This document shows, one piece after another, positions 30,601-32,000 of a stretch of 32,000 bases of DNA. The DNA lies in contig NZ_QLIR01000001.1 of assembly GCF_003428155.1 (NCBI RefSeq), forward strand, positions 210,001 to 242,000. The letters run 5' to 3'. This DNA comes from Fastidiosibacter lacustris (GTDB lineage: Bacteria; Pseudomonadota; Gammaproteobacteria; Francisellales; Francisellaceae). Each line of letters starts with the position of its first letter. Position 1 is the stretch's first letter. Under the pieces are notes generated by a model. It saw only the letters and a list, made by a program, of their open reading frames with translations. It made no database searches and was not told the DNA's origin. The position numbers and the translations under genes were made by a program.

Positions 30601-31172
30601 GCTTTTGGCTTAACTACTTTAAAGTGACACCATTAAATAGGATTACTCCAACAACACGTAAAGAATCTATTTTACTTGCTGGTGTAGTTGTTTCGATAGC
30701 ACAACGTAAAACAAAGTCAGGTAAACTTATGGGAGCGTTGCAGATTGATGATGGTTATGAGCGTTTAGAGTTAGTCATATTTAGTGACCTTTACGATAGT
30801 GTGAAACACATGATTAGCGTCGATCAAACAGTTATTGTTGAGGGAGAAGTGAGTATTGATGGTTACAATGATCAGTTAAGGATTAATGCTCTTGATATTC
30901 AACCGATTGAACAATATGTCGATTTGACTATCAATACATTAAATTTCAATCTGCCAATAGATAAGCTAAAAGTGCTATATGATATATTGTTGTTGGCAAG
31001 TAATGGTAAAGGCGAATCAAACTTAGCGACGAAAAAAGTAAAATTGACAATTACAGGTAGTGATTATCAGCTTATGACTATGGTAGATAAGTTAGCAATC
31101 AGTGCCTATGCTCTAACAGGTAAAATAAACATGTTATCACAACATCAAATTGAGCTAACGCTGTTCGCTTAA
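27690..31172 (+). CDS. dnaE: DNA polymerase III alpha subunit
   Basis: 1160 aa; VHLKVHSEYSLMDSIIRI PHP domain, VGPGRGSGAGSLVAYAL, MPDFDIDFCMDGRD, C-terminal OB region. Confidence 0.98.
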   Translation: MSVRFVHLKVHSEYSLMDSIIRIKPMLSECVQRKLPAIALTDMCNLFAAVKFYKAALDQGIKPIFGSEIYIQVDERIHPLTLIAKDNAGYQTIVELISYAYLNATRKDGIPILPKNELASFNFSQVFVLSGGQKGELGYALMTQDYKEVLALLDTYMQIFPRNNFFIELQRLGVDGEERYIQSVIELAKDQHIAVVATNDVRFLDEENYSDHEIRVGIYQGYTLLDQNRKSQYTTKQYLRSSDEMCELFADIPQSLSNTVYIAENANVTFKLGGAVLPRFEIPQNMTEAEYFAKVSYEGLEERFDFILHDKSEQQKQMLKKKYKARLQLEVDVICQMGFPGYFLIVADFIQWSKDNGIPVGPGRGSGAGSLVAYALKITDIDPIPYGLLFERFLNPERVSMPDFDIDFCMDGRDSVIEYVAQKYGSESVSQIITYGSMAAKAVVRDVGRVLAQPYGFVDKIAKLIPNDLGIKLKDACAPDTPLYELCQQDETADEIIKIALKLEGLTRSVGKHAAGVVISPSKVTDFSPIYCEEGSKQLVTQFDKKDVEDVGLVKFDFLGLRNLTIIDNALKIANKQRRLQGEADLNIVLIPMNDKKTFQLLQNGETTGVFQLESRGMKELIKRLKPDCFEDIIALVALYRPGPLGSGMVDDFVNRKHGRQRVSYPHPALEEVLKETYGTILYQEQVMQIAQILANYSLGGADLLRRAMGKKNPEEMAKQRETFEKGAFENGIDRKLASSIFDLMEEFAKYGFNKSHSAAYALVSYQTAYLKAHYPQAFMAAVLSSDMDNTEKVVNFINECQKMKLSLVLPHINISDYYFTVDNKEQLVYGLGAVKGVGFAAIDGILTERVKNGVYKNLYDLCLRVDLRKVNKRVCEALIYAGAMDGFANNRQTLIATLEDAMKSADQKTQMQSSGQLDLFGFDEVGIEDLQSNKDLSKVEIPNWTIKDKLIYEKSVLGMFLSGHLIDEDRFWLNYFKVTPLNRITPTTRKESILLAGVVVSIAQRKTKSGKLMGALQIDDGYERLELVIFSDLYDSVKHMISVDQTVIVEGEVSIDGYNDQLRINALDIQPIEQYVDLTINTLNFNLPIDKLKVLYDILLLASNGKGESNLATKKVKLTITGSDYQLMTMVDKLAISAYALTGKINMLSQHQIELTLFA

Positions 31173-31241
31173 ATGAGCTTTGTGTTACAATACAAAAGTT
31201 TTACAACAAAATAAGCTAAGTAATAAAATATAGAGGTTGAT

Positions 31242-31994
31242 ATGGCTGGTCATAGTAAATGGGCAAACATAAAGCATAGAAAAGCAAAAGAGGATGCTAA
31301 ACGTGGCAAAATTTTCACTAAACTCATTCGCGAAATTACAGTTGCGGCACGCATGGGGGGGGCTGATAAAGACTCCAATCCACGTTTGCGTGCAGCTATG
31401 GCAACAGCGTTTAGCAATAACATGACTAAAGACACTATTGATCGCGCAATTAAAAAAGGTGCTGGTGGGGAAGAGGGTGGAAATCTAGAGGAAATTCGTT
31501 ATGAAGGCTATGGACCTGCTGGAGTTGCTGTTATTGTAGATTGTATGACAGACAATCGAAATCGAACGGTTGCAGAAGTGCGTCATGCGTTTAGCAAATC
31601 AGGGGGGAATTTAGGTACAGACGGTTCAGTATCATATATGTTTAATAAAAAAGGTATCATCAGTTTTGAATCAGATTACAATGAAGATCTCGTTATGGAA
31701 GTGGCATTGGAGTCTGGCGCACTGGACATCATTACTTATGATGATGGCTCAATCGATGTTATTACTGATCCAAATGATTTTTTCGAAGTTAACGAGGCAT
31801 TACAGGTTAAAGGATTAAAAGCAGTTTCAGCAGAAGTGACTATGGATGCTGATATGAAGTCAAATATAGATGACCTAGAAATTGCTCAAAAGGTTTTAAG
31901 CATGATTGATCGTTTAGAAGATTTAGATGATGTACAAAGCGTTTATACGAATGCTGAGTTTGCTGATAGTGTTATGGATGTCTTGGGTTCGTGA
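31242..31994 (+). CDS. yebC: YebC/PmpR-family protein (TACO1-like)
   Basis: [68 protein letters not shown]. Confidence 0.97.
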   Translation: MAGHSKWANIKHRKAKEDAKRGKIFTKLIREITVAARMGGADKDSNPRLRAAMATAFSNNMTKDTIDRAIKKGAGGEEGGNLEEIRYEGYGPAGVAVIVDCMTDNRNRTVAEVRHAFSKSGGNLGTDGSVSYMFNKKGIISFESDYNEDLVMEVALESGALDIITYDDGSIDVITDPNDFFEVNEALQVKGLKAVSAEVTMDADMKSNIDDLEIAQKVLSMIDRLEDLDDVQSVYTNAEFADSVMDVLGS

Positions 31995-32000
31995 TTATTT

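Noticed and set aside
1-32000. Searched by eye for CRISPR arrays, insertion sequences, toxin-antitoxin, restriction, retron, phage or secretion modules and tRNA genes.
   Set aside because: No regularly spaced repeats, transposase or reverse-transcriptase motifs, or tRNA-like sequences were found. Gene content is almost entirely housekeeping.

Overview
This 32 kb AT-rich window looks like ordinary gammaproteobacterial core chromosome. I found no rRNA, tRNA, CRISPR array, intact transposase, integrase, toxin-antitoxin pair, phage module or recognisable defence cluster. Plus-strand left part: 3' end of tyrS, a small membrane protein, a Cache/PDC-type lipoprotein, then a tight trpB-trpA-rsmH-ftsL-ftsI block. 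Minus strand: hslR, gor and purH. An orphan GTG-start ORF (10617-10925) lies between purH and ruvX-yqgE. A mutT-like Nudix gene and a LysR-family regulator follow, then a ~750 bp apparently decayed stretch, a ferritin-like gene and an MscS channel. Next is a long minus-strand run, in transcription order lptD, surA, rsmA, apaH, aroQ, accB, accC, prmA and a POT/PTR2 transporter. The right end has amgK-like, dnaE and a yebC-family gene on the plus strand. I do not see a convincing new biological system. The observations most worth following up are a perfect 24-bp palindrome between gor and hslR, a shared 12-mer upstream of both genes, inverted repeats at the LysR and surA promoter regions, the orphan GDC-motif ORF, the decayed region next to the LysR gene, and the tight linkage of trpBA to division genes. 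All calls are from reading the sequence; no database search was run.
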